This document shows, one piece after another, positions 50,993 through 61,359 of a stretch of DNA of 64,000 bases; the stretch's first letter is position 1, and the number at the start of each line of letters is the position of its first letter. The notes beneath the pieces are model-generated. The model did no database searches. It had not been told where the DNA came from and saw only the letters and a program-made list of their open reading frames with translations. Position numbers and translations under genes: made by a program. Source of the stretch: Ignavibacteriota bacterium (lineage in GTDB: Bacteria > Bacteroidota > Ignavibacteria > UBA10030 > CAVZMI01); assembly GCA_963776275.1 (NCBI GenBank), contig CAVZMI010000020.1, forward strand, positions 128,001 through 192,000, written 5' to 3'.

Positions 50993-52400
50993 TCAAACCT
51001 TGGTAAGTTTCACGACATTTTCAATATGATAGGTATGGGGAAACATGTCGAGGGGCTGTACCGCATCAATGCGATATCCTCCTTCAACTATTACCTTGAC
51101 ATCACGGGCCTGAGTAGTGGGATTGCAGCTTACATAGACTATTCTCCGTGATCCCAGTCTGATGACTTCCTGCACAACTTTCGGATGCATTCCACTGCGA
51201 GGTGGATCGATTACGAGGACATCAGGAATCGGATTCGAGCGCATCCATTGAGTGTCTTTTGTAAGCCGGTCTTTCAAATCACCAAGAACAAATTCACAAT
51301 TCGTAATATTATTGTACCGGGCATTCATCACTGCATTATCAACTGCACTGGGAATATTATCAATCCCGACAACAAGAGCGACTGAATCGGAAATGAACAA
51401 TGCAATCGTTCCTGTCCCGCAATACAGATCATACACGACATCGGCCGTCTGGAATTCTCCATATTCTTTTACAACCCGATATAGCCGTTCAGCCTGGAAG
51501 GTATTCGTTTGAAAAAAAGAATTTGCGGAAATAATAAATGTGAGATGTCCCAGTTTTTCTCGAATCGGCTCCTTCGCCGTAATAGATTTTCTGAATCTCA
51601 CCGTATGCAATTTGAGCCTTCTTCTCATTGATAGTATTCACAAATGTCGTGATCCCCGGAAATCTTTGAACCAGTAAATTCGATAATTCCCCTGCAGTAT
51701 CGGAAATATCTTTCCCCGTCACAAAGTTGACCATAACCTCCCCCGTCTGTCGTGCCTCGCGAACCACAAGGAACCGAAGGTAACCGTTACCTGTCGTCGT
51801 GTCATAGACCGGTAGTTTCCGTTCGATGCAATGCGAACGGACCGTATTAAGAAGATCTACGGTGAGCTGCGTTTGGAGATGGCATTCATTGATGTCCAGT
51901 ATCTTGTCGTATCTCTGCGGAACATGGAATCCGAGTGCAAAATTGCGCCGTGAAACATCCGGCTTCTCGAGCTCTTCAGCCGTAAGCCATTGTTTATCGC
52001 CGAAAGAAAATTCCATTTTATTGCGGTAATGATAAATTGGATCGGCCCCGATCACCGGATTGACCGCGATACCTCGGAATCCTCCGATTCGTTCGAAAGC
52101 ATCGATGACGTTCTGTCGTTTATATTCGCACTGCTTCGAATATTCAAGATGCTGCCAGCGGCATCCACCGCACACTCCGAAATACCTGCACCGCGGAGCG
52201 ACACGAAACGATGATGGTTGGAGAATTTCGATCGCTCGTGCTTCTGCAAAATTCTTTTTGACTTTGAAAACAACGACACGGGCCTCGTCCCCCGGAACAA
52301 CTCCCTCGACAAACACGACAAAATCTTCATGCCGGGCTACCGACTTTCCTTCGAAAGCAGCATCATCGATATGCAGAATAAATTCATCACCCTTTTTCAT
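50993..52400 (-). pseudogene. rlmD: 23S rRNA m5U1939 methyltransferase, frameshifted near 51572
   Basis: TRAM domain, C...CGGC and YRNKMEF in one frame; FFQTN, DLYCGTG, DPPR, VSCNP and DMFP.T.H.E in another. Confidence 0.88.
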
Positions 52401-54369
52401 CTCTTACCTCGTTCTCAAATTCTGCATTTATTGCTTCAATCTGTGATTGAAGCTGCTCCCATTCTCGGTAATTCTTTTCAAGCTCCTTATTGATTTCTTT
52501 CATCTCGTTATTGACTTCTTTCACCCGTTCTCCGCATTTATAAAATTCCGGATTCACTATCAATGCTTCATTCTTGGTTTTCTTCATCTCAAGCCGCTCG
52601 ATTTCTTTTTCGACCAGTGTAATTGCATCTTTCAAAGGTTTTGTCCGCTCATACTTCCGTTGTCTGATTTCAGCCTCCCGTTGTTTCCTTTCTTTCATAG
52701 TAAAAACGGCCGTTTTTTCTGTTCTCCGGAAAACATCGGGAGGAACTGGAGATGCAACAATTTTTTCATGCGCTTTTTTTTCGAGGTATTCGCTCAGATT
52801 ACCGAGATACGTTTTGATGTTTTTATTTCCGACTTCAATCACTTTCGTGATGATTCCATCAAGAAAGGAGCGGTCGTGGGAGACAATGATATATGTACCG
52901 TTGAATTTCAACAATGCTTCACGGACAATATCTTTCGATCGCATGTCGAGATGATTCGTCGGCTCGTCCATGATCAGAAGATTTGCAGGTGTGAGCAGCA
53001 TCTTTGCGAGACTCAGCCGGCTTTTTTCACCCCCCGATAATACCTTGACCTGTTTAAAAACATCGTCACCGGTGAAGAGAAAACATCCCAACAGATTCCG
53101 CACGAACGTGCGGGTCTCACCCGAAGTGACAGATTCAACAGTTTCGAGAACTGTTTTTTGGGGATCAAGTTCCTCTGCCCGGTCCTGGGCAAAGTATGAG
53201 ATTGTTACATTGTAACCGATTTTCCGTTCACCTCCACTGAGCGGTTCAATTCCGGCAATGATTCGCGAGAGAGTCGATTTCCCGGCACCGTTGATACCGA
53301 CGAGGGCAATTCTGTCTCCCCGTTCAATTGTACAATCTACTTTTAGAAGAACTTCTTTTGTGCCGTAGCGTTTATCGATTCCGGAAAGATCAATGACCAC
53401 TTTCCCGCTGTGAATGGCTTCAGGAAATTGAAAATCTATCCCCTGTTCTTGATTTTCGATTTCGATCCTTTCAATTTTTTCAAGTTTCTTGATACGGCTT
53501 TGTACTTGCCGGGCTTTCGTCGCCTTGTAACGAAACCGTTCGATAAACCGTTCGGTCTGTTTTATTTTTACCTCCTGGTTTTTATATGCCGCTTCGCGCT
53601 GTTCTTTTCGAACGAGACGTTCATGTTGATAGTATGTGTAATTACCAGGATATTCGATCAGTTCACCAAGACTGATTTCAAGTGTCTTTGTAGTCATCGA
53701 GTCAAGAAAGGTCCGGTCGTGAGAAACAATAATCACCGATCCCTGATAGGCACGTAAATAATCCTCAAGCCATTGTAACGATTCAATATCAAGATGATTT
53801 GTCGGCTCATCGAGAAGGAGAATTGTAGGTTCCTGTAATAAGAGTTTTGCAAGGACGATACGCATTTGCCATCCGCCGCTGAATTCATCGGTCGACCGCC
53901 CCATATCCTCCGTGGTGAAACCGAGACCTGAAAGGACTTTCTCGATTTTCGTCTTCAACCGGAATGCATCACGATCCTCCAATTTGTGTTGGGTTTCGCC
54001 AAGAAGTTCCAGAGTATCGGAATATTCTTCAGATTCTTGATCTAGTTCCATGATTCGGCGGTGAAGTTCATCAAATTCTGTCTGGAGTCCAAGAATATCA
54101 CTGAATGCCGTTTCAGCTTCATGATAAAGAGTCCGTCCCGCCGATTCGACCCCCTCCTGCGGCAAATACCCTATCGCAGCAAATTTCGCTTTAACGACTG
54201 TTCCGTCTTCCGGTTGAATAAATCCCGCAATGATTTTTAATAGTGTAGTTTTCCCTGCCCCATTTGGGCCCACAAGGCCTATTCGGTCATGAGGTCCAAT
54301 TCGGAGCGACACATTACGGAAAAGGTACTCTCCGCCGAACTGCATTCCGATGTTATTGAGTTGCAACAT
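52387..54369 (-). CDS. ABC-F family ATP-binding protein
   Basis: two ABC domains (GPNGAGKT, FSGGWQMR, DEPTNHLD), linker and C-terminal coiled coil; no TM segments. Confidence 0.92.
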   Translation of the reverse strand: MLQLNNIGMQFGGEYLFRNVSLRIGPHDRIGLVGPNGAGKTTLLKIIAGFIQPEDGTVVKAKFAAIGYLPQEGVESAGRTLYHEAETAFSDILGLQTEFDELHRRIMELDQESEEYSDTLELLGETQHKLEDRDAFRLKTKIEKVLSGLGFTTEDMGRSTDEFSGGWQMRIVLAKLLLQEPTILLLDEPTNHLDIESLQWLEDYLRAYQGSVIIVSHDRTFLDSMTTKTLEISLGELIEYPGNYTYYQHERLVRKEQREAAYKNQEVKIKQTERFIERFRYKATKARQVQSRIKKLEKIERIEIENQEQGIDFQFPEAIHSGKVVIDLSGIDKRYGTKEVLLKVDCTIERGDRIALVGINGAGKSTLSRIIAGIEPLSGGERKIGYNVTISYFAQDRAEELDPQKTVLETVESVTSGETRTFVRNLLGCFLFTGDDVFKQVKVLSGGEKSRLSLAKMLLTPANLLIMDEPTNHLDMRSKDIVREALLKFNGTYIIVSHDRSFLDGIITKVIEVGNKNIKTYLGNLSEYLEKKAHEKIVASPVPPDVFRRTEKTAVFTMKERKQREAEIRQRKYERTKPLKDAITLVEKEIERLEMKKTKNEALIVNPEFYKCGERVKEVNNEMKEINKELEKNYREWEQLQSQIEAINAEFENEVRDEKG

Positions 54370-54513
54370 AAATCTTTTAAATATACGAAAAAGACTTTTG
54401 TTGAAAAAGGAATTATAGTGCAGGATGGAAAATTGGGTTTTTTAATAAAATTTTTATATTTTAATACCGGGTATTTATTTCCACCTATCCCTCTCACATC
54501 AAGGAGTCGATCT

Positions 54514-55269
54514 ATGGAACAACAACCTGAAGTTCCCCCCGCCGGAAATATACCAGCACCCTCGACACTCGGATCCCGATTGATCGATATTTTCGTCTCT
54601 CCGGGTGAGGTATTCGACGGAATGAAGAGCGCGTCAAAGAGCACCGGGAATTGGCTTGTACCTCTTATTCTGGCCATTTTGGTAGGTATCATCACAATTT
54701 TCGTTGTCTTCTCCCAACCGACCATCCAACAGCAGATGATCGATGTCCAACACAATCAGATGCAGAAGCAGGTGCAGGCCGGCAAGATGACGCAGGAACA
54801 AATGGCACATGCAGAATCGATGATCCCGAAACCGGGTTCACTGATCTGGAATATATTCGGTATTCTTGGAGTAATCATCGGCAATCTCATTATTATTCTT
54901 CTTGCTGCGCTCATCCTGTGGCTAATCGGAAAATATGCACTTAAAGCACCTTTGAAATATGGTACACTGCTTGAAATAACGGGCCTCTCGTATATGGTGA
55001 TGGTTCTAGGCTCAATCATCAGCATCCTGACGATTCTGGCCCTCGATTCACTATATGCAACTCCGAGTCTGGCGATTCTAATCAAAGAGTTTGACGCTGG
55101 AAACAGTATGCATAAACTTTTCTCGTATATGAATATTTTTTATATCTGGTTCGTTGCTTTGCTGGGCCTTGGAATTGCTAAAATCTGCAACTGTACCACA
55201 ATGAAAGGGATGATCTGGACTTTCGGAATATTCATAATATTCAGTCTTGTATTTGCATTTGTATTCTAA
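54514..55269 (+). CDS. YIP1 family membrane protein
   Basis: AGGAG RBS; IF.SP.E.F motif; five hydrophobic segments. Confidence 0.75.
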   Translation: MEQQPEVPPAGNIPAPSTLGSRLIDIFVSPGEVFDGMKSASKSTGNWLVPLILAILVGIITIFVVFSQPTIQQQMIDVQHNQMQKQVQAGKMTQEQMAHAESMIPKPGSLIWNIFGILGVIIGNLIIILLAALILWLIGKYALKAPLKYGTLLEITGLSYMVMVLGSIISILTILALDSLYATPSLAILIKEFDAGNSMHKLFSYMNIFYIWFVALLGLGIAKICNCTTMKGMIWTFGIFIIFSLVFAFVF

Positions 55270-55367
55270 TAATTTCTTTTCCTTTTCACGAGCATCCGGG
55301 ATTTTTACGGATGCTCTTTTCATTTTCATCTCTTCTTTTTCCCTTATCTATTTTGTATATTTTATTC

Positions 55368-57038
55368 ATGGCAGACAATAAGATAATCTTTTCCATGATC
55401 GGCGTTGGGAAAGTTCATAAACCCAACAAGCAGGTTTTAAAGGATATCTATCTTTCATTTTTCTACGGTGCAAAAATCGGCATTCTGGGTCTGAACGGCG
55501 CCGGAAAAAGCACGCTTCTTCGCATCGTAGCAGGCTTTGACAAGGATTATCTCGGTGAAATCACCTCTCAGAAAGGAATTACCTTCGGCTATCTTCCCCA
55601 GGAACCCGAGCTCGATCCGGTGAAAACGGTGAAAGAAATTATCGAAGAGGGTGCGGCGGAGGCTGTCGGTCTTTTGAAGGAATATGAAGCAATCAGCGCG
55701 CAGTTCTCCGAACCGGACGCTGATTACGATGCACTCCTTGAAAAACAAGGAAAACTACAGGAGCAGATCGACCATTTGCATGCATGGGATATAGACAGCA
55801 AACTCGAAATGGCAATGGATGCATTGCGCTGTCCCCCCGGAGATACCTCTGTCTCTGTGATTTCAGGTGGTGAACGACGCCGCATTGCATTATGCCGGCT
55901 TCTGCTGCAGGAACCCGATGTCCTTCTGCTTGACGAGCCGACCAATCATCTGGACGCTGAATCTGTTGCATGGCTCGAACAGTACCTTGGCAAATATCCC
56001 GGAACGGTACTGGCGGTAACGCACGACCGGTATTTCCTTGACAATGTTGCCGGATGGATACTCGAGCTCGACCGGGGCGAAGGCATTCCTTTCGAAGGCA
56101 ATTATTCTTCCTGGCTCGAGCAAAAACGACAGCGGCTTTCCATCGAAGAGAAACAGGAATCCAAGCGTCAAAAAGCTCTTGCCCACGAACTTGAATGGAT
56201 CAGATTAAATCCAAAAGGACGACATGCCAAAGGCAAGGCACGCATCACAGCATATGAGAAAATGCTCTCCGAAGATAGTGCAAATCGTGAAGAGGATGTC
56301 GAAATTTATATCCCGCCGGGACCGCGTCTGGGTAACATTGTTATCGAATCAAAAAAAGTCTCTAAAGGTTATGGCGAGCTTTTACTATTTGAAGATCTCA
56401 ATTTCTCCCTCCCGCCCGGTGGAATCATCGGTATAATCGGTCCGAACGGCGCCGGGAAGACTACATTGTTCCGCATGATTACCGGTCAGGAAAAGCCGGA
56501 CGGGGGTGAAATTGTCCTCGGCGATACAGTGAAGCTTGCATATATCGATCAAAACCGATCTCTCTCGCCGGAAAAAACATTGTGGGAAGAAATATCAGGG
56601 GGCGAAGAGACGCTCCGCCTCGGCAATCGGGATATTAATTCCCGGTCGTATGTCGCAAGGTTCAATTTTAGTGGAAGCGATCAACAGAAAAAAGTCGGTA
56701 CACTCTCGGGTGGTGAGCGTAATCGGGTACATCTCGCAAAAATATTGAAGGAAGAAGCGAATGTATTATTACTTGACGAACCGACAAACGATCTGGATGT
56801 GAATACGCTTCGCGCACTCGAAGAGGCTATATTAAATTTTGCCGGATGTGTCGTCGTGATCTCGCACGATCGATGGTTCCTTGACAGAATTGCAACTCAT
56901 ATTCTGGCATTTGAAGGGAACAGTAAAGCTGTTTGGTACGATGGAAATTATTCGGAATACGAAGAAGAGCGGAAGAAACGTCTGGGTATCGACGCCGACC
57001 GTCCACATAGGATAAAGTATAAACCGCTTAAGAGATAA
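55368..57038 (+). CDS. ettA: energy-dependent translational throttle protein EttA
   Basis: LSFFYGAKIG.LG.NGAGKS, AMDALRCPP, ELEWI, PPGPRLG and PHRIKYK motifs. Confidence 0.93.
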   Translation: MADNKIIFSMIGVGKVHKPNKQVLKDIYLSFFYGAKIGILGLNGAGKSTLLRIVAGFDKDYLGEITSQKGITFGYLPQEPELDPVKTVKEIIEEGAAEAVGLLKEYEAISAQFSEPDADYDALLEKQGKLQEQIDHLHAWDIDSKLEMAMDALRCPPGDTSVSVISGGERRRIALCRLLLQEPDVLLLDEPTNHLDAESVAWLEQYLGKYPGTVLAVTHDRYFLDNVAGWILELDRGEGIPFEGNYSSWLEQKRQRLSIEEKQESKRQKALAHELEWIRLNPKGRHAKGKARITAYEKMLSEDSANREEDVEIYIPPGPRLGNIVIESKKVSKGYGELLLFEDLNFSLPPGGIIGIIGPNGAGKTTLFRMITGQEKPDGGEIVLGDTVKLAYIDQNRSLSPEKTLWEEISGGEETLRLGNRDINSRSYVARFNFSGSDQQKKVGTLSGGERNRVHLAKILKEEANVLLLDEPTNDLDVNTLRALEEAILNFAGCVVVISHDRWFLDRIATHILAFEGNSKAVWYDGNYSEYEEERKKRLGIDADRPHRIKYKPLKR

Positions 57039-57072
57039 CTTTTTGATTTAGAAAAAGGACTGGTATTACATA

Positions 57073-57189
57073 TAACCACGGAGGACACAAAGGACTGTTT
57101 CGGTGGTTTTTTGGAGGACACAGAGTATGAATTCTTCTCCGTGTCCTCGCAGACAGCTTTTCTAAAAAACTTTGTGGCCTCTGTGGTTA
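57073..57189. repeat. 117-bp palindromic element
   Basis: outer TAACCACGGAGGACACAAAG / CTTTGTGGCCTCTGTGGTTA; inner GAGGACACAGAG / CTCCGTGTCCTC. Confidence 0.7.
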
Positions 57190-57233
57190 CCTTTAAAGCC
57201 AACGACAAAAGTGAAACATATACAGGAACTAGA

Positions 57234-57557
57234 GTGAAGAAACGATATAAGAAAATGTTGAAAGGAATGCAGAAGAAGGAAGAGACAGGCGTCCATCCTT
57301 CACAAGGACAATGGTTTCTTTATATTCTTGAATGCAGCGACGGGACGCTGTATACTGGCATCACAAAGGATCTTGATCGTCGGATCGAGCAGCATAACGC
57401 CGGAAAAGCGTCGCGGTATACACGCGTGAGGAGACCGGTAAAACTTGTGTACGATGAAGTATGCAGCACACGCGCCGCCGCACTTGTACGCGAGTGCAAG
57501 GTGAAAGAGATGACACGAAAAAAGAAATTATCGCTCTTAAAACTAATTGATCCGTGA
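57234..57557 (+). CDS. GIY-YIG nuclease family protein (UPF0213/YhbQ-like)
   Basis: YILECSDGTLYTGIT.DL.RR..QHN.GK..RYTR.RRPV motif; start uncertain. Confidence 0.85.
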   Translation: MKKRYKKMLKGMQKKEETGVHPSQGQWFLYILECSDGTLYTGITKDLDRRIEQHNAGKASRYTRVRRPVKLVYDEVCSTRAAALVRECKVKEMTRKKKLSLLKLIDP

Positions 57558-57797
57558 AACCTATCAACAGAGATTATTGATTTCGTAATGTGAAAGATTT
57601 ATTCTGTGTTACCGTGTTACTGTTTAGTCAATGAAACATCCATATCGTATAACGAAGAATAGGAGATATCCAGTGTCCCTGTTATCGTTTTCTTATCGGC
57701 ATTCATTTGAAGAAACCAAGAAGAGTACGCTACAACCAGGGCATACATATCAACTTGAAACCTTAAACTTAAAACCCGTGACTTCCACCTACTACAA

Positions 57798-58160
57798 CTA
57801 TACGTCACGGTGTACTATTTCCGGAGAGAATGCCGGCATACACACCGCCACATATTCGGCACCGCCCGCAAAGGGTGTACTGTACTGAACCCATTCCCCC
57901 TTTTCAACGACAATAGCCTGACCCTCCCTGACGTTGAATAATTTCTTCTTTGTCGTTACGCGGAGTGTTCCTTTTAATACAATTGTAAATTCATCGAATT
58001 CCGGAGTCTGACCGGGCTCAACCCACCCCACCGGACTTTTCATCCGGGCAATACTGAGCTGATCCGTATTTGAGTTCACTCGCCCGAAATATTCTTCGAT
58101 GATTTTCGGTTTATTTCCGGCGGCTTTGATTATAGAAGGTGATATAATTAACTTCGCCAT
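57798..58160 (-). CDS. cupin domain protein (EutQ-like)
   Basis: KIIEEYFGRVNS, GWVEPGQTPEFDE and PAFSP motifs. Confidence 0.85.
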   Translation of the reverse strand: MAKLIISPSIIKAAGNKPKIIEEYFGRVNSNTDQLSIARMKSPVGWVEPGQTPEFDEFTIVLKGTLRVTTKKKLFNVREGQAIVVEKGEWVQYSTPFAGGAEYVAVCMPAFSPEIVHRDV

Positions 58161-58280
58161 GGTGGTTTTTTATTTGAGTTTATTTTTTCACGGATTAAAG
58201 CCCGTGGTCTTAATTGTAATTTCAAATTATGCATCATCAAGCATAAATCAATAAATAGAGTAGAGCCGTAGGCATCAATC

Positions 58281-59444
58281 TCATAACGATCTCCCTGCAG
58301 CCGCCCCTGATGCCCATGCCCACTGAAAATTGAAACCGCCGAGATGTCCGGTGACGTCGACCACTTCACCAATATAGTACAATCCCGGTATTTTTTTTGA
58401 TTCCATCGTTTTCGATGAAAGCTCTGCGGTGTCGACACCACCGACAGTCACTTCAGCTTTTGAGAATCCCTCCGTGCCGACAGGATGGAGAGTCCATTGA
58501 TGAAGTTGTTGTGAATTTTTTTTCAATTCAACTTTCGGTATGTGTTGAATCATATGCGGTAATGAATATTTTGAACACCATGCTTCGACAAACCTTTTAG
58601 GCAAAAATGTATTAAGTACCGTCTTGATCTCTTTCCTGCTTTGCCGGTAGAGTTCAAATTCTTTTTCAATATTAATATCTGGAAGGAGATCGATGATGAT
58701 TTCTTTGCCGGGATCCCAGTACGAGGATATCTGTAGTACTGCCGGACCGCTTATTCCAAGATGTGTGAATAAAAGGTTATCTACGAACACAGCATGACCG
58801 CATGTGACTTTTGCCTCGATTGATACTCCTGTGAGTGCCCTGCACAACCCGCGTTCTGAATCATCAAGAAGAAGGGGGACGAGACCCGGCCTTGGCGTGA
58901 TAATATTCATGCTGAATTTCTTCGCGGCACGATACCCAAAATCCGTGGCGCCAAGCGAGGGAATCGAAAGTCCGCCTGTTGCAATAACGAGTTTTTTCGA
59001 TCTATACTCACCCTGGTTTGTTGTCACACAAAAAAGATCGTTCTTCTCAATCTCATGTATACGGCAGCCGGTCTTGATCTCTACTCCGCGGGTCGTACAT
59101 TCATGATTAAGCATTTCGATGATCTGTTTCGCACTACCGTCGCAAAAAAGCTGTCCGTGTACTTTCTCGTGGTATGAAATCCTGTACTGCCCGATAAGCT
59201 TGATGAAATCATCCGGTGCGTAGCGGGCCAGTGCAGATGTACAGAAACGAGGATTTGATGAAAGAAAATTTTCCGGGGATGAATGCAGGTTGGTAAAATT
59301 ACACCGGCCGCCCCCCGAGATGCGGATTTTTTCTCCGATCGAAGTATTGCCTTCGAGAACGAGGGTCGATCGTCCGCGTTCGCCGGCTTCACGGGCACAC
59401 ATCAAACCGGCAGCGCCGGCACCAATGATAATCCCATCAATCAT
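58281..59444 (-). CDS. HI0933/YhiN/BaiN family flavoprotein
   Basis: GAGAAG, KI.ISGGGRCNFTN, ATGG.S.P, LFTH.G.SGP and GG.NFQ.AW.SG motifs. Confidence 0.92.
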   Translation of the reverse strand: MIDGIIIGAGAAGLMCAREAGERGRSTLVLEGNTSIGEKIRISGGGRCNFTNLHSSPENFLSSNPRFCTSALARYAPDDFIKLIGQYRISYHEKVHGQLFCDGSAKQIIEMLNHECTTRGVEIKTGCRIHEIEKNDLFCVTTNQGEYRSKKLVIATGGLSIPSLGATDFGYRAAKKFSMNIITPRPGLVPLLLDDSERGLCRALTGVSIEAKVTCGHAVFVDNLLFTHLGISGPAVLQISSYWDPGKEIIIDLLPDINIEKEFELYRQSRKEIKTVLNTFLPKRFVEAWCSKYSLPHMIQHIPKVELKKNSQQLHQWTLHPVGTEGFSKAEVTVGGVDTAELSSKTMESKKIPGLYYIGEVVDVTGHLGGFNFQWAWASGAAAGRSL

Positions 59445-59538
59445 GAAAAAAGATAATGAGAAACCGCTGGAAAGGCAAAAGGTTTCCGCAGCTGTAAGAC
59501 TTGCCGGCAAACGGAACCCTTTTACACGGTCTTCTATT

Positions 59539-59679
59539 TTACCCACCCACCGGACTTTTCATCCGGGCAATACTGAGCTGATCTGTATTTGAGTTCACTC
59601 GCCCGAAATATTCTTCGATGATCTTCGGCTTATTACCGGCTGCTTTGATTATGGAAGGTGATAAAATTAATTTTGACAT
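59539..59679 (-). pseudogene. truncated duplicate of the cupin gene 5' end
   Basis: about 140 bp highly similar to 58021-58160; reads MSKLILSPSIIKAAGNKPKIIEEYFGRVNSNTDQLSIARMKSPVGG then stop. Confidence 0.85.
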
Positions 59680-59724
59680 AATATTAAAAGAACATTGATT
59701 ATTCGCCTAAACGTTATAGTGCTC

Positions 59725-60522
59725 TCAAAAATGAATCGCCGCGCCAATTGTGATTTGAAATCCGCTGAAGTTGACAGGAACTGTCTTGTATCCTGCTTCT
59801 ACCTCCCTCGAAAACCGCAATCCGATGCTCCTTTCGTTCTGAGTCACGGTTTCCTTCCATTGCAGAATATCATCAGTGTCGTCCTTCAACTCCTCTACCC
59901 TGGCACTCCTGTAACATATGTCCCCATTCAGCGAAATGAACGGCGTGAGAAACACACCGGCTCCTCCGCCGACCACGAAACCAAGCCCGCTTCCATCGAA
60001 CTCTTTTGTTGGAGGCCCTTCCATCTCCAGTGAATTGAACATCATTCCTAAACCTGTACGACCATACACAAATCCTCCCTTGAAATCGCCGTAGAGCTTT
60101 CCACCAAAAAAAAGAACCGTCGAGTTTGATTTCCATTGCTCATTAAAAGTACTTTTTTCATCAATAATTGTGCGTTCTGAACTCAAACCAAATAGCGCCT
60201 CTCCCCATATTGAGAAACTCCCAAAAAGTCTAATATCAAACTCAATACATATTGGGATATTTTTGCTGGACTCCGAGTCACGTATCGTTGTCATTCCAGG
60301 AAAATTCTTGAAGGCATCAAAGAATTCATATGTATCGCTTGTACTGAAGGACGCATATCCTGTACGTATGCTAAGTGCGTTGCGCTTCGCCGCCGAGATT
60401 TGTTCTAAATTCTGTGTTGTATCAGAGGGAGGAACGCTTTGCGCAGGAGCAAAATAGACGAAGCAGAGTAATGCAATCGATAGATATGCCCAAAGTATGT
60501 GGGTGGACGCTTGAGTACTCAT
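59725..60522 (-). CDS. outer-membrane beta-barrel protein
   Basis: AGGAGA RBS; signal peptide; alternating beta-strand pattern; C-terminal Phe. Confidence 0.7.
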   Translation of the reverse strand: MSTQASTHILWAYLSIALLCFVYFAPAQSVPPSDTTQNLEQISAAKRNALSIRTGYASFSTSDTYEFFDAFKNFPGMTTIRDSESSKNIPICIEFDIRLFGSFSIWGEALFGLSSERTIIDEKSTFNEQWKSNSTVLFFGGKLYGDFKGGFVYGRTGLGMMFNSLEMEGPPTKEFDGSGLGFVVGGGAGVFLTPFISLNGDICYRSARVEELKDDTDDILQWKETVTQNERSIGLRFSREVEAGYKTVPVNFSGFQITIGAAIHF

Positions 60523-60698
60523 AGTAATCTCCTTTATTAGGTTAAAGATCCACTTGCATTTTATCGATCCAGAGCCGCCTGCATTGACAATAATAAAACC
60601 AAAAAATAAAAGCAAATGTTAAAAGGGTTGATTCCTCATTAATTTTCATCTATTTTTATACTCAGATTTTTCCCGGCCATTAATGAAGAAAGAATCGA

Positions 60699-61349
60699 AT
60701 GCGAAGAATTTTGCACACATTCAACGGACAATGGACGAAAGGGGAGCTGGCTTTTTTCCATAAATTGAAAAGTCCCATTGCTATCCAGGAATTTCTTGAC
60801 ACAATCCCCTACAGCACCGAATCGCGATATCGCTCTCCTCGAAGCGTTATTCGCGATCAACGGGCACATTGTTATGACGGCGCATTGTTTGCCGCTGCTG
60901 CATTACGGATGATCGGTTATCCGCCAGTTATAGTGGATATGCAGTCAGTACGCGATGATGATCATGTGATGGCAATTTTCCGCCGTCACGGCCGCATAGG
61001 TGCGCTAGCAAAGTCGAATTTTACCGGCCTTCGTTTTCGAGAACCGATATATCGCGATATCCGCGAGCTTGTGATGTCATATTTCGAGTCTTTTTATAAC
61101 ATGGATCGTGAAAAATCGTTACGGCAATATACCGATCCGGTCGATCTCACATCATTTGACAAGTACCAATGGATGTTTGAGGATGCGCCTCTTGACAGCA
61201 TCGTCGATCGGTTGAATACCATGAGGGTTCATAAGTTAATGACACCGGCGATGATCCGTTCACTTCTGCCGGTGGATTCACGGACATATAAAACCGGCCT
61301 CGTGGGCGCCAACAGGGCAGGGATATACTTTCCGAGGAAAAAATTATAG
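60699..61349 (+). CDS. hypothetical protein with transglutaminase-like Cys/His motifs
   Basis: SPR.V.....AHCYDGALFAAAAL, DDDHV.A and AKSNF.GLR.REP motifs. Confidence 0.7.
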   Translation: MRRILHTFNGQWTKGELAFFHKLKSPIAIQEFLDTIPYSTESRYRSPRSVIRDQRAHCYDGALFAAAALRMIGYPPVIVDMQSVRDDDHVMAIFRRHGRIGALAKSNFTGLRFREPIYRDIRELVMSYFESFYNMDREKSLRQYTDPVDLTSFDKYQWMFEDAPLDSIVDRLNTMRVHKLMTPAMIRSLLPVDSRTYKTGLVGANRAGIYFPRKKL

Positions 61350-61359
61350 TTTTACAACG

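Noticed and set aside
49598-57038. arfB, rlmD, ABC-F and ettA as a novel translation-rescue system
   Set aside because: Ordinary housekeeping genes on mixed strands, with no evidence of co-regulation.
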